64,000 bases of DNA from an uncultured archaeon. GTDB lineage: Archaea; Asgardarchaeota; Thorarchaeia; Thorarchaeales; Thorarchaeaceae. The notes beneath the pieces are model-generated. The model was not told the origin of the DNA, did no database searches, and saw only the letters and a program-made list of their open reading frames with translations. Position 1 is the first letter of the stretch. The number at the start of each line of letters is the position of its first letter. This document shows, in pieces, positions 20,459 through 30,916 of the stretch. The position numbers and the translations under genes are program-made. The DNA lies in the NCBI GenBank assembly GCA_964610875.1, contig CAZSWP010000008.1, positions 34,724-98,723 of the forward strand. Direction: 5' to 3'.

Positions 20459-22045
20459 CTAATGCTTATGCCACCAACTACGAAGGCGTTTTATGGCTCC
20501 GATATCTGGCTTCTCAACAACCCTTAGTATCCATGAATCCTTATTTGTAGAACAATATTCTAGAAATGCGACCTCTCCACTTGAACGAATTCTCTCCATT
20601 TCCTGTAATTGCCCCTGTAACCATGCTTTCTTTGAAATTGGCATTCTATTCGTTGCTTCATCAAAAAGTGTTGGATGAAAATCGAATACTAAAGCTCGCT
20701 CACTCATATATTCTAGAATACCTTCTTGGAGTGTCGAGCTAAATTTCTCTCTATTTGTAAAGAATGATGCCGCAACTCTGACATTTGGATACTTTTCGGG
20801 TATATTCAATGCAAATTTAAATGACCTCTCAAATTTTGATAGATGTGTGGCAGCATCTAGGATAAGCAGGGTTTCTGGTTTGCCCTCGTATTCTTCATCC
20901 GAGATTTCGATCTGGGAATCTATCTCTTCTTCATGCTTTTCAATTATATCCTGAATCAGCTGTTCGGTGACAGGTGGTAGAGATGATTCTTCAGGTTCTC
21001 CATATGTCAACGAATCATCATCCCATTCATCTTGCGGCATCTTCGCTGTTTCTTCAGGCATAGGCTCTTTTCTTCGTCTATATTTCGGCTTCATATATCC
21101 TATTTCTTCAACGAGATGCTGTAACACAAGTGGTAAAAACAGATCATATAGAGTGCCACGAGTTTCAGTGATTAGTAAAACTGGTTTATATTCCGAAACT
21201 GCTGATGAAAGCATTGATTGATATTCATCACCCACATCAAAGAATTTGCTTAGATTTTCAAGGGAGTAACCCTCACGTACTCTTTGTTCCCATTCTTGAT
21301 ATACCTCTTTGACCTCTTGCTTCCGTCTGTCTTTTAGAAGACTAACGAATTTACCGAGATACTTTACACCTCTAGAAACTGCAGTTGTTGGACTTACAAA
21401 CACCGTGAGAAGCCCTACAGCCTCTCCTGCATACTCGCTTTTCTCAGTACTTTTTATTTTACCCAACACTTCTTCAGTCAAAGATGGTGGTCCTAGCTTT
21501 TCAGCAAGAACCTCATGCATTTCTTCAAAACTCTCAAAGGCGGCATCACCTGGACCAATATCTTCTCCAACTGGAGAGGCGTCTGAGATCACTTCTGCAA
21601 AAATGTTTGGCCTTTTCATTAACCACTTTAGAGGTATTTTCAGTGTTTCATAGTCGTGCATATATATACGTTCAGAATCCTTTGGACCAAAATACAGTTT
21701 GATAGAATCTGGAAATAGACTATCGAATATCTCCATGAACTGATCAAAACCTTGCTTGGTACTCAGCCCCATCTCTGCACGTTCTAAAGCGTCAGCAACA
21801 AAAACAAGTCCTGTCTCATTTTTTTTGGCTTGTTTAGCCATTATTGCCATAACTTGCTTTGGAGAAAGATAAAGTAGATCGCTTGCCGCATATGGTGCGT
21901 CATAAAATGAGAAAATTCCCAATCTCTTCCAAGGCTTATTGTCCATGTTAGTTGTTGCTAAATTTGAAAACCATTCAAATCCACGCTGATATCTGGGAAT
22001 GTTCTCTTCATCAAAGTCATCATCAGAGTATGCCATGGACTGCAC
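20459..22045 (-). CDS. Hypothetical protein, degenerate HerA/DUF87-like P-loop fold
   Basis: QVMAIMAKQAKKNETGLVFVADAL aligns to the HerA Walker A region, ETLLILDAATHL to Walker B, RVAASFFTN to the LATQ strand. Confidence 0.6.
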   Translation of the reverse strand: MQSMAYSDDDFDEENIPRYQRGFEWFSNLATTNMDNKPWKRLGIFSFYDAPYAASDLLYLSPKQVMAIMAKQAKKNETGLVFVADALERAEMGLSTKQGFDQFMEIFDSLFPDSIKLYFGPKDSERIYMHDYETLKIPLKWLMKRPNIFAEVISDASPVGEDIGPGDAAFESFEEMHEVLAEKLGPPSLTEEVLGKIKSTEKSEYAGEAVGLLTVFVSPTTAVSRGVKYLGKFVSLLKDRRKQEVKEVYQEWEQRVREGYSLENLSKFFDVGDEYQSMLSSAVSEYKPVLLITETRGTLYDLFLPLVLQHLVEEIGYMKPKYRRRKEPMPEETAKMPQDEWDDDSLTYGEPEESSLPPVTEQLIQDIIEKHEEEIDSQIEISDEEYEGKPETLLILDAATHLSKFERSFKFALNIPEKYPNVRVAASFFTNREKFSSTLQEGILEYMSERALVFDFHPTLFDEATNRMPISKKAWLQGQLQEMERIRSSGEVAFLEYCSTNKDSWILRVVEKPDIGAIKRLRSWWHKH

Positions 22046-22116
22046 CCATTCAAAGACCGGGAAGGTCTGGAACGGGATTTATCTCAGCTTGTGATGAGAT
22101 AAACCTATTCCCGTTC

Positions 22117-23322
22117 TTAATCAAATCGCGTTGCAATGATTCCAACGACTGCTGCTACAATGATGATACCAATAATTAAACCAAGACGCCAATCTATTAT
22201 CGGTCCAGCCGGATTATTTGGGTCCTCTTCAAACAACAATGTAGTGTAGGTACCTGACTCATCAAGCAGTCTTAATGCGTCAACCGCAAGACCAGCATAG
22301 AAAAGACGACCAGTTTCCTGTTCTGGAACGTTGCCCCATGAACCATCAGCAGCCTGACAATTAACAATGAATCTTGCTGCTACAGATTTATTGACATTAT
22401 CCATTGCTGTTAGGAGTTCTAATGCTTCAAGAGCCGCATGAGTGGTCTTAAGGTTTGGGTCATTGGTGGAGTTTCCTTCTTCGAATCCTCCAACTAACAT
22501 CTCCATATCACTATCTAGAACCTGACGATCAAGAATCCAATTCCTGATTACAGATGTATCACCTATTCTGGATAGTTCCCCAAGAATATCAAGCGCCATT
22601 AGTCCTGCTGTTGTGGCTTGTAGACTTGGTAGATTAGAGTTAGGATGTAGTTTGAATCCGTCTCCTTCGCTACAATCAAGTATCCACTCGATTGTTGCTG
22701 TTCGATTCCATAGATATTCATCCATTGATTTTCCCAGCTGAGTAACGTAATAGTCCATTACATAGAGCGACTGGAATGTTGAAATAATGTCTGGTGTTTC
22801 ATCAACATTACGTCCAAATCCTCCTGCTTCAGTTTGAGTTTTGTTCAAGAAGACGAGACCAGCAGTTTCGTTTATTTCTACTTTGGAAATTTGTGGAATA
22901 TCACTGAACTTTTCTTGGCTTAGTAATTCCCACAACTTTAGACCATAATAGTTGTATTCAGTACTAACTGGACCTGCAATATATATTGCAAACGCTCCAT
23001 AACGGTCGTAATCTTCACCACCACTCTTCCACTGAATTTTCCTTGTGAAGTTCTTCAACTTTAGGATATCTACACTTGGGGGTCTATAGTCAAATAGTCC
23101 TCGTTCGTCAAGAACCATTGCTGCTCCATATGTTGGATACAGTCTGGAAGCCTCACCATCGGGAAGGCTGTAGCCACCTTCAACATCGGCATCATAATTT
23201 TCTGTCATGTATGCATTCAAAGAGTCCCATCTTGTACCTGGGTTTGCAGATACAGGTACTGTGAATGCAACACCAACTAATGCCACAATAACCATAATAC
23301 TAGCAATCTGGACCTTCTTCAT
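22117..23322 (-). CDS. Secreted, C-terminally anchored prenyltransferase/squalene-cyclase repeat (alpha/alpha barrel) protein
   Basis: Signal peptide. Repeats FLNKTQTEAGGFG, WILDCSEGDGF, WILDRQ..GGF, FIVNCQAADGSWG. C-terminal TM helix. Confidence 0.8.
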   Translation of the reverse strand: MKKVQIASIMVIVALVGVAFTVPVSANPGTRWDSLNAYMTENYDADVEGGYSLPDGEASRLYPTYGAAMVLDERGLFDYRPPSVDILKLKNFTRKIQWKSGGEDYDRYGAFAIYIAGPVSTEYNYYGLKLWELLSQEKFSDIPQISKVEINETAGLVFLNKTQTEAGGFGRNVDETPDIISTFQSLYVMDYYVTQLGKSMDEYLWNRTATIEWILDCSEGDGFKLHPNSNLPSLQATTAGLMALDILGELSRIGDTSVIRNWILDRQVLDSDMEMLVGGFEEGNSTNDPNLKTTHAALEALELLTAMDNVNKSVAARFIVNCQAADGSWGNVPEQETGRLFYAGLAVDALRLLDESGTYTTLLFEEDPNNPAGPIIDWRLGLIIGIIIVAAVVGIIATRFD

Positions 23323-23449
23323 GTGGAATCCCGGCCAATTATCATCTCATTTAGAGCATCTGCTCGTGCGATGTGCCACGACTGTGGCGGTGTTATTAAC
23401 GTTTCCCCAAGGTAGAGAATTGTACCTTAAGAGCTATTAATGAAGTATA

Positions 23450-23920
23450 TTATCTCATTGAAAGCACTCGTGACAAAACCTGTTTAATATCCAATAATTC
23501 TGGATTGAACTCTTTTGGTTCACTTTTTGAAATCTTTTTTATCAATTCGGGTATCTTTTCGAAATCCCTACACCATTTTATGTACCCATCACTCTCTAGT
23601 TTTTTGAGAATCTCCCATTGATGTGAATCTAGAACTGATGTATTTTCTACCCCAATCACACGTTTTCTCATAGTTAGGCATTCAAGGAGTGTTCCAGCTC
23701 CTCCTGTAGTAATGATAATATCCGCAGTTTCCAGTATTCCTTTGATGCTTTTAGATAAACGAAAGAACTTGGTTGATTTGGGGATATATTTGCCTTCGCC
23801 AATTTGTATGACCACTCTGTCATTAATTGCACCTGATTTTATGTGTTCGTCGATTGCTTGAACTAAGGGGTCAAAACTACTGGTGCCAACAGTCACAAAT
23901 ATCAGATTCTTTACCACCAA
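23450..23920 (-). CDS. Glycosyltransferase 28 C-terminal domain protein (Alg13/PssE-like)
   Basis: IFVTVGTSSFD, IQIG, ITTGGAGT, DSHQWEI. Confidence 0.88.
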   Translation of the reverse strand: MVVKNLIFVTVGTSSFDPLVQAIDEHIKSGAINDRVVIQIGEGKYIPKSTKFFRLSKSIKGILETADIIITTGGAGTLLECLTMRKRVIGVENTSVLDSHQWEILKKLESDGYIKWCRDFEKIPELIKKISKSEPKEFNPELLDIKQVLSRVLSMR

Positions 23921-23970
23921 TCAAATCATTTGATAGGTTCTTAAGAGTCATACAATCCAGTTAATCATTG

Positions 23971-24933
23971 CTATCCGCCATAACCCCTGACATCTGTCTG
24001 AGCAATTTGACGAAGATATGTATAGGCTGAGTCTGCAGCAATAGCCCCCTGTCCTACTGCAACAGCGATTTGTTTCATCGACTCAACAACATCTCCTGCA
24101 GCAAAGAATCCCAGTATGTTCGTGGCTTGCTTAGCATCTACTAATATCTCGCCGTTCTTGTTTGTTTCCACACCAAGTTCCTGGGCTAGCTGGCTTTCAG
24201 GCGAAGAGCCCAAAGCAATGAATGCTCCATCTACTTCAAGAGACGACTTTTCTCCTGTCTTGACATCTTCTAGTATTACCTCACGAAGTAGGTCATCTCC
24301 TTTGAATTCAGTTACAATATGACTCCATTTTATCTCTACACGTGAGTTGAATACCATATCCTGCATCGCTTGTTCTGCTCGCAGTTCGTCACGTCTATGG
24401 ATTAGATATGTTTTTGATGTCAATTCAGAAAGATATACTGCTTCCACTGTTGCAGTATTACCGCCACCAACCACTAGTACTTCTTTGTCCCTAAAGAGTG
24501 GACCATCACATGTGGCGCAAAAAGAAACACCTCTTCCTGTGAACTCTTCTTCCCCTGGGACATTAAGATGCCTGTGACCTCCCCCTGTTGCATAAATCAC
24601 AACCGATGCTCTATAATCCCCTCTTCTTGTTTCAAGGACAAACTGTCCATTATCATTATCCTTGGTGATCTTTTTTACTTCTGTGATCTCTTTGATGGTG
24701 GCTCCACATTTCTTTACTTGTTCTTTCATCTTACTTGCAAGGTCTATACCTGTAATGAACGTATATCCAGGATAGTTCTCAATTCCTGGACTGGTAGCTT
24801 GTGCCCCGCCTAATACTTTTCCTTCAAGAAGTACCGTCTTCAATCCATATCGCGCAGCGTATATAGCGGCTGTCATTCCTGCAGGTCCACCGCCTACAAT
24901 CACTACTTCCCAGTTCAAATCTTCGTTTGTCAT
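23971..24933 (-). CDS. trxB: Thioredoxin reductase
   Basis: GGGPAG, GRGVSFCATCDG, VGGGNTA, FAAGDV. Confidence 0.95.
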   Translation of the reverse strand: MTNEDLNWEVVIVGGGPAGMTAAIYAARYGLKTVLLEGKVLGGAQATSPGIENYPGYTFITGIDLASKMKEQVKKCGATIKEITEVKKITKDNDNGQFVLETRRGDYRASVVIYATGGGHRHLNVPGEEEFTGRGVSFCATCDGPLFRDKEVLVVGGGNTATVEAVYLSELTSKTYLIHRRDELRAEQAMQDMVFNSRVEIKWSHIVTEFKGDDLLREVILEDVKTGEKSSLEVDGAFIALGSSPESQLAQELGVETNKNGEILVDAKQATNILGFFAAGDVVESMKQIAVAVGQGAIAADSAYTYLRQIAQTDVRGYGG

Positions 24934-24965
24934 CTGATCGTCTCCAACTGCGTGCTTTCACATTC

Positions 24966-25830
24966 CTATGGAACTCCCAATGGCTTTTTAGTGATACCTA
25001 ATGTCAATAAATCATCTTCGTCCAGATTGTCTTTTCCTGTAAGGTGTAATCTCCCTGAGGGGGTAAGCATCTCCAGAATTCGACCGAAGGGCACTTCACG
25101 AATTGGTTGACTATTATATTTCTCTAGTCGAACTGCTTTCTGGAATTTATCAGGATTATATGAGAATACATGTCCTGGTCCAACTACAAAGACATGGTCA
25201 ACACTAGTCAATCCATCCCATGGCCAAGCAGTATCATTAAAGTTTTCTATGATAGTATAGTCTGTATTTTGAAACACTTTATTGAACGATTCACTCACAC
25301 AGTTCTCAAAACTTGTCGCCTCAAATGCTGATATCTCCTCTAATTTTGAGAATTCTATAATATTGGCGTCTTTGGACTTCATTTTCGGTTATAAGAACCT
25401 GTTTCTTTTGAATCACATCCGCCGCCATCAGAATAGTTCTGTTTATCTTTCCCTCAATGGGACAAGAATAGCGTCGAAGTGTAAGGATGGCATCCCATCC
25501 ACTCAAGCCAAGTATGCTTCCACCAGATTTTCGGGGACTGTCAAGAACCCATGGTACGTATAGTGTATGTACTGGGTTCACGAGTTCCATAGGCATTTTC
25601 ATCGCTAGAACTTGATTGATTCTGTAGGCATCTCTAGAATAGAGGAGTCTGTCTTCGAGACATCTTTGTGTGTGATTGTTATGATGCCAATAATTGTGGC
25701 CACTAACAGGTTTGAAATAATGGACCCGATATCCATCAGATTTCAACTTTGCTGCAATTCTCGTTGCAAGTAGTGTCTTTCCTGCATCAAAAGATGTCAT
25801 TCCAACAACAAGAATTCTCTTGGTCAACAC
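24966..25830 (-). pseudogene. Frameshifted archaeal P-loop ATPase (BioD/CobQ-like) split over two ORFs
   Basis: 25321-25830 has GMTSFDAGKT, FKPVSGHNYW and VNPVH. 24966-25382 carries the C-terminal half (IIENFNDTAWPW, VFVVGPG) in another frame, overlapping near 25380. Confidence 0.7.
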
Positions 25831-25839
25831 TACAACCTC

Positions 25840-25872
25840 AAAAAAGAAGAAAAAGGAGCCATAAAGGCTCCT
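25840..25872 (-). terminator. Hairpin + U-rich terminator of thermosome gene
   Basis: AGGAGCC-N5-GGCTCCT (25854-25872) followed on the - strand by TTTTCTTCTTTTTT. Confidence 0.7.
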
Positions 25873-25892
25873 AGTTATTTCTTGTTCCGATA

Positions 25893-27560
25893 TTACATCA
25901 TGCCGGGCATGCCGCCCATGCCACCCATGCCGCCCATACCGCCTGGCATTCCACCGGCTCCCGGTGGAGGTGCTGCGCCTGCCTTAGCTGAGATGACATC
26001 ATCAATTCTGAGAATCATCTGTGCTGCTTCGGAAGCTGAACGGATTGCTTGGTGTTTGACTCTTGCTGGTTCAATTACACCAGATTTCATCATGTCGGAG
26101 GTCTTACCTTTCAGGACATCAACACCGTACCAAATACCAGTATCATCTGAATGGTCCTTGATTAGGTCAGCAATGATATCTATGGGGTCATGACCACCAT
26201 TCTCAGCTAGTGTTTTTGGAACTACTCTGAGTGACTCGGCAAAAGCTTCGATGGCTAATTGCTCACGGCCACCCACCTTTGTGGCAAAAGCATCAAGACG
26301 TTTCGCAACTTCTGCTTCTACAGCTCCACCACCCGCAACATATGTTGCGTCCTCAACAACATTTCTTACAACACAAAGGGCATCATGTAGAGCTCTGTCA
26401 GCTTCATCGACGACATGTTCTGTGCCACCACGGATGACAATGGATACAGCTTTTGGATCCTTGCAATCCTTGACATAGACAAGTTTGTCGTCTCCGATTT
26501 TGACCTCTTCTACGGTACCTGCAATTCCTAGAGTATCTGCATCAAGTTCATCAATACTGGTAGCGACCTTGCCGCCAGTTGCCTTAGCTAGTTTCTCTAG
26601 TGTGCTCTTCTTAGCTCTTCGAATGGCCATAATGCCTTGTTTAGCAAGATAGTGTTGGGCAACATCGTCAATACCTTTCTGACAGATTAGCACGTTTGCA
26701 CCACTTGCAATGATTTTATCGACAATGTTCTTTAACATGCGTTCCTCTTCATCGAGGAATGCCTTCATCTGGTCAGGACTATCAATTTTTATCTCTGCAT
26801 CAAACTCTGTCTTTTCGACTTCAATTGCAGTGTTGACAAGAGCTATCTTTGCATCAGTGATTCTCTTTGGCATTGATGCATGAACAATCTCTTTATCAAT
26901 TACCATACCTGTAACGAGTTCTGTTTGAGTGAGACTCTTACCTTGCTTCTTGATAATCTCAATCATATCGATATCTGCCTCGACCTTGCCATCGCTCTCT
27001 TCTCTAATCTGAAGAACTGCATCTACTGCAATCTTTGCGAAGTGTTCCTTAGCACCAATCACTGATTTGCTATTCATGGATGTTTCTGCAATGCTGGTGA
27101 GGATCTTCTTGTCCATACCTTCCATTGCAACACCAATCTCATCAATAATCTTGGTTGCCTGCTCAGCAGCTTTCTGATATCCACCAACAACGATTGTGGG
27201 GTGGATCTTCTTTTCTAACAAATCTTGTGCTCGCTTGAGCAGTTCTCCAGCAATAACTACTGAAGTTGTGGTACCATCACCCGTTTCAGAGTCTTGGCTT
27301 TTAGCTACTTCAACAAGCATCTTGGCTGCTGGATGCTGAACGTCAATCTCTTTAAGGATTGAGGCACCATCGTTAGTGATTGTGACATCGCCGAGTGAAT
27401 CGACTAGCATCTTGTCCATACCTCGTGGGCCGAGCGTGGACTTGACTGCATCTGAGATCACAATACCTGCCATGATGTTGTTGGACTGTGCGGACTTACC
27501 GCGTGTTCTGTTTGTGCCCTCTTTAAGAATGAGGACAGGAGTTCCAGACAACTGTGACAT
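25893..27560 (-). CDS. ths: Thermosome (group II chaperonin) subunit
   Basis: [35 protein letters not shown]-repeat tail. Confidence 0.97.
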   Translation of the reverse strand: MSQLSGTPVLILKEGTNRTRGKSAQSNNIMAGIVISDAVKSTLGPRGMDKMLVDSLGDVTITNDGASILKEIDVQHPAAKMLVEVAKSQDSETGDGTTTSVVIAGELLKRAQDLLEKKIHPTIVVGGYQKAAEQATKIIDEIGVAMEGMDKKILTSIAETSMNSKSVIGAKEHFAKIAVDAVLQIREESDGKVEADIDMIEIIKKQGKSLTQTELVTGMVIDKEIVHASMPKRITDAKIALVNTAIEVEKTEFDAEIKIDSPDQMKAFLDEEERMLKNIVDKIIASGANVLICQKGIDDVAQHYLAKQGIMAIRRAKKSTLEKLAKATGGKVATSIDELDADTLGIAGTVEEVKIGDDKLVYVKDCKDPKAVSIVIRGGTEHVVDEADRALHDALCVVRNVVEDATYVAGGGAVEAEVAKRLDAFATKVGGREQLAIEAFAESLRVVPKTLAENGGHDPIDIIADLIKDHSDDTGIWYGVDVLKGKTSDMMKSGVIEPARVKHQAIRSASEAAQMILRIDDVISAKAGAAPPPGAGGMPGGMGGMGGMGGMPGMM

Positions 27561-27633
27561 TTTTTGTTTCCCCTATTGTTTTGTTTTCTTTCGCTATGGA
27601 ATTTCAATTTCACATAGGTCTTTGATTCATTTC

Positions 27634-27691
27634 TAAAACTGTACATGCACTTCGCATGTACTGCTAATAAAACTGTGCATGTACTTCGCAT
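27634..27691. promoter_or_regulatory. Tandem 24-bp direct repeat with quasi-palindromic core upstream of thermosome (candidate operator)
   Basis: TAAAACTGTACATGCACTTCGCAT (27634-27657) and TAAAACTGTGCATGTACTTCGCAT (27668-27691), 22/24 identical. Confidence 0.6.
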
Positions 27692-28370
27692 AAAAACCTT
27701 GTCTTCGAGGGCATAATTTATCCGTTTTCTTATTTCTTGCGTTTCTAAAGATTCTACCAGATATTTCATGTCTTACTCTTTCTATGAAGGAATCATTGAG
27801 CATACAAGAATCGGGTATGTTCAACATAGTTAAATAGAGTTGAAAGTGGTGCAGTTCCACCCGATTAACGCAAGTAAAGCATAGTTGATTATAGTTGTAG
27901 TATCTTCCCATGTTTCTTGGTCTTTGCTGTGATAATAACGGTATCTTCGAGGGCTCTGTTTCTTTTCCCCCCTCTTGTAGGTTCTTGAAACCTCTACAAG
28001 CCATTCTTGTGGACCATTAATAGATTTGTTGAATCACATTGACCTGAGTATATTCATTACTGTTAACCGAAGTTGTATCAGATATATTTCCCATTACAGT
28101 AACTAAAAATGTGCATGGTCTTTCTAGAAAACTAACACACGAATCAAATATCATCACTTTGTTTAATCCAATCGAAAGACGTTGTATAGCATTCTGGATA
28201 ATTATGTAAATACTCTTTGTGATTTAGCTGAATCCTGACTGCTGATATTTTGTAATCTTCGTTTTATTTTTTTTTGATGGATTTTCTGGTATCAATTCGA
28301 ATGGTAAGTTTTTGCCTCAATAATTCTAGAAATTTTATATGATTGGCTAGTTCAAGTCACAATCCCCAGT

Positions 28371-28988
28371 TTATGGTTTTCTGTCGTGCTTTCTAGCAAT
28401 ACAAATGAAATAGCCTTCATCATCTCTTGTGAATGTAACTGAAAGCCCATTTTCCTCCATCATTTTCTGAAGCTGTTCCATGCTGGGCAAGAAATCATAC
28501 TTGACCTCTGCACCAGCGTTCAAGTGCAAGCTGTTGATAAAATCTGCTGAATTGGAGTGAGCTACTACTAAACGACCTCCTTTCTTCAAAGCCATAGACA
28601 ATTTTTGTAGAGCTAGAGGTTTGTCAACAAAATGGGGAAAGCATGAATAACAGACCACCAAATCAAATTCCTCATGGTAATCAAGATCATAGAGATCAGA
28701 AACAAGAAAAGAAATCCTAGGATGTTTTTTTTTGGGATATTTCGAACGGGCTATCTCAATCATCTTTTCTGAGTAATCTATTGCAACAACACTACCCTCT
28801 GTTAGGTATTTTTCGTAAAACGGTATCAAGATTCCTGTACCTGTGCCAATATCCAGTATCTTATCTCTGCTTTGTATTTCCTGTAATTCAATTATGTAGT
28901 GAACTTTTTCGAGGTCGTGAGTAGTGATTTCATCCCATATAGCAGCTTTTTCATTGAAGAAGTCTTTTTGTCTTGGATGGGGATTCAT
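28371..28988 (-). CDS. Class I SAM-dependent methyltransferase
   Basis: ILDIGTGTG, AIDYSEKMI, FDLVVCYSCFPHF, LKKGGRL. Confidence 0.9.
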   Translation of the reverse strand: MNPHPRQKDFFNEKAAIWDEITTHDLEKVHYIIELQEIQSRDKILDIGTGTGILIPFYEKYLTEGSVVAIDYSEKMIEIARSKYPKKKHPRISFLVSDLYDLDYHEEFDLVVCYSCFPHFVDKPLALQKLSMALKKGGRLVVAHSNSADFINSLHLNAGAEVKYDFLPSMEQLQKMMEENGLSVTFTRDDEGYFICIARKHDRKP

Positions 28989-29755
28989 TGCTGTGCCTCC
29001 ATGAAAATGGGGATGACTACAGGTATACCCCGGACATTTTCCACATACGCGTCGATGTTATAAACCGCTTTGATGTTCTCTGGAGTGATTATTTCGTGAT
29101 CTCCTACAGCATAAACCATGCCGTCTTTCATCAAAACGAACTTATCGGAATAGCGAATAGCTAAGTTCAGGTCGTGACTAATCATGACGACCGCGATATG
29201 GTACCTTTGGACTATGTTTTTGATCAATTGCATAATCATATGCTGGTTAGACAGGTCAAGACGGTTTGTTTGTTCATCTAGGAGAATTACTTTAGGTTTC
29301 TGAACCAGCACTCTTGCCATTTGTACCAATTGATATTCTCCACCACTAATTTCATCAACATATTTCAGTGCCAGTTCATCTAAGCCTAAGAGATGAAGCA
29401 CTCTTCCTGCCAATCGGATGTCTTTTTCAGAGATGTCCCATTCGAAATGTGGTCTCCGCCCCAATAGGACTGAATCGAACACTGTAGTTCTCGACAATTC
29501 GCTCTTTTGTGGGACATATCCTATATTCTTGGCGATGTCTCTTTTGCGCATCTGATGGAGATTGTTTCCCTCCAAGAATACAGCGCCTGTATCTGGTGTG
29601 AGTACTTTATTTATGCATTTTATCAAGGTGGTTTTTCCAACGCCATTGGGTCCTAAGATAGAGATGATATTATCTTTCTCCACAGTAAATGAAACACCGT
29701 CTAATACCTGTCTACTACCATAAGAGAACTTGATGTCGTCAATTTCGAAGAACAT
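28985..29755 (-). CDS. FecE/BtuD-type ABC transporter ATPase
   Basis: GPNGVGKT, ISGGE, ILLDE, SHDLN. Confidence 0.93.
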   Translation of the reverse strand: MFFEIDDIKFSYGSRQVLDGVSFTVEKDNIISILGPNGVGKTTLIKCINKVLTPDTGAVFLEGNNLHQMRKRDIAKNIGYVPQKSELSRTTVFDSVLLGRRPHFEWDISEKDIRLAGRVLHLLGLDELALKYVDEISGGEYQLVQMARVLVQKPKVILLDEQTNRLDLSNQHMIMQLIKNIVQRYHIAVVMISHDLNLAIRYSDKFVLMKDGMVYAVGDHEIITPENIKAVYNIDAYVENVRGIPVVIPIFMEAQQ

Positions 29756-30876
29756 CAGTGCCGATATCTCCTAACCAAGAGATAGATGAAAAGTGGTCCT
29801 CCTGACATCGATGTGATAATGCCTACGGGTATGACTGAGGGGTAGAGAATTACCAGTCCGACTCCGTCCGCTATCAGGAGAATAATAGCCCCAAGAATCA
29901 TAGAAAAAGGGATGAGGTAACGGTGGTCACCACCGATAAGCATTCTCGCGATATGGGGTCCCAGAAGACCTATGAAAGCAATGATACCAAAGAAGGAAAC
30001 GATGAATGCAGTTAGAACTGAAGCTAAAATCATGCTCAGTATCCTTTCCTCCTCAGTCTTGACACCTAAACCTTTGGCGGTGTCTTCACCCGCGTCCAGT
30101 GCATTATAGTCCCATCTCTTGTAGAAGAAGTAAAGTGAACATGGGAAAACCACCAAGAGAATCAGCATGTTCCATGACCAAGTTGCTTTCCCTAGGTCAC
30201 CAAAGGTCCAAGCTACAATGTTACCTAACTGTGAATCTGTGGCTATATATTGCATAAAGGATAATCCCGCAGAGAACATAACACTGATTGCTATCCCAGC
30301 AAGTATCATTGTTTCAGCACTAACCCGTGTAATCTTTGTAAGTGCTAGAATGGATACTGTGGCTAATATGGAGAAAAGGAACGCACATACTGTTGTTGCA
30401 TAGGGGTTGAAGATATGAATGGTTGCAGTCATGCTACTACCAGCGCCTAGAAAGATAATCGCGAAGGACGCTCCGAAGGCTGAAGCGCTAGATATTCCTA
30501 GAGTAAAGGGTGATGCTAAGGGATTTCGGAGAATACACTGTAGCACCACGCCAGCAACAGCCAGACCCGCACCCGCAGCAATGGTCCCGACAATCCTTAC
30601 CATCCGGATGTTCCAAACAATCCCACCCATTCCCGAAGTGTCAAAGGTGAAGATATACAAGACAATATCCGTGATAGGTATTCTGATTGGTCCATTCTGA
30701 GCTGCCAATATTATACAGAGTATCAGTAGAAGTACCCCGATGAAGAGGGAACGCTGTTTTCCCTTCACAAATCCTTGATAGACTGTTGAAGCTTGATTTT
30801 CATCTTCTTCATTGTCCTCATAGATGTCCACCGCGTCCTGTTCAATGCTGCTCTTTCCAATTGGCGTTTCACTCAT
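29755..30876 (-). CDS. FecCD/BtuC-type ABC permease
   Basis: RNPLASPFTLGISS, GEDTAKGLGV, FIGLLGPHIAR, IPVGIITS. Confidence 0.93.
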   Translation of the reverse strand: MSETPIGKSSIEQDAVDIYEDNEEDENQASTVYQGFVKGKQRSLFIGVLLLILCIILAAQNGPIRIPITDIVLYIFTFDTSGMGGIVWNIRMVRIVGTIAAGAGLAVAGVVLQCILRNPLASPFTLGISSASAFGASFAIIFLGAGSSMTATIHIFNPYATTVCAFLFSILATVSILALTKITRVSAETMILAGIAISVMFSAGLSFMQYIATDSQLGNIVAWTFGDLGKATWSWNMLILLVVFPCSLYFFYKRWDYNALDAGEDTAKGLGVKTEEERILSMILASVLTAFIVSFFGIIAFIGLLGPHIARMLIGGDHRYLIPFSMILGAIILLIADGVGLVILYPSVIPVGIITSMSGGPLFIYLLVRRYRH

Positions 30877-30916
30877 TCCTCAACACATCCATCAAAGAAA
30901 GGATTTTTTGACAGAA

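Noticed and set aside
25893-25975. Short tandem repeats (GCCGCCCAT-like)
   Set aside because: They encode the normal GGM tail of the thermosome.
27634-27691. Direct repeats as a mini-CRISPR array
   Set aside because: Only two copies with a 10-bp gap, and no cas genes.
27458-28004. ORFs 27458-27769 and 27633-28004
   Set aside because: No motifs, and they overlap the thermosome start or its promoter repeats.
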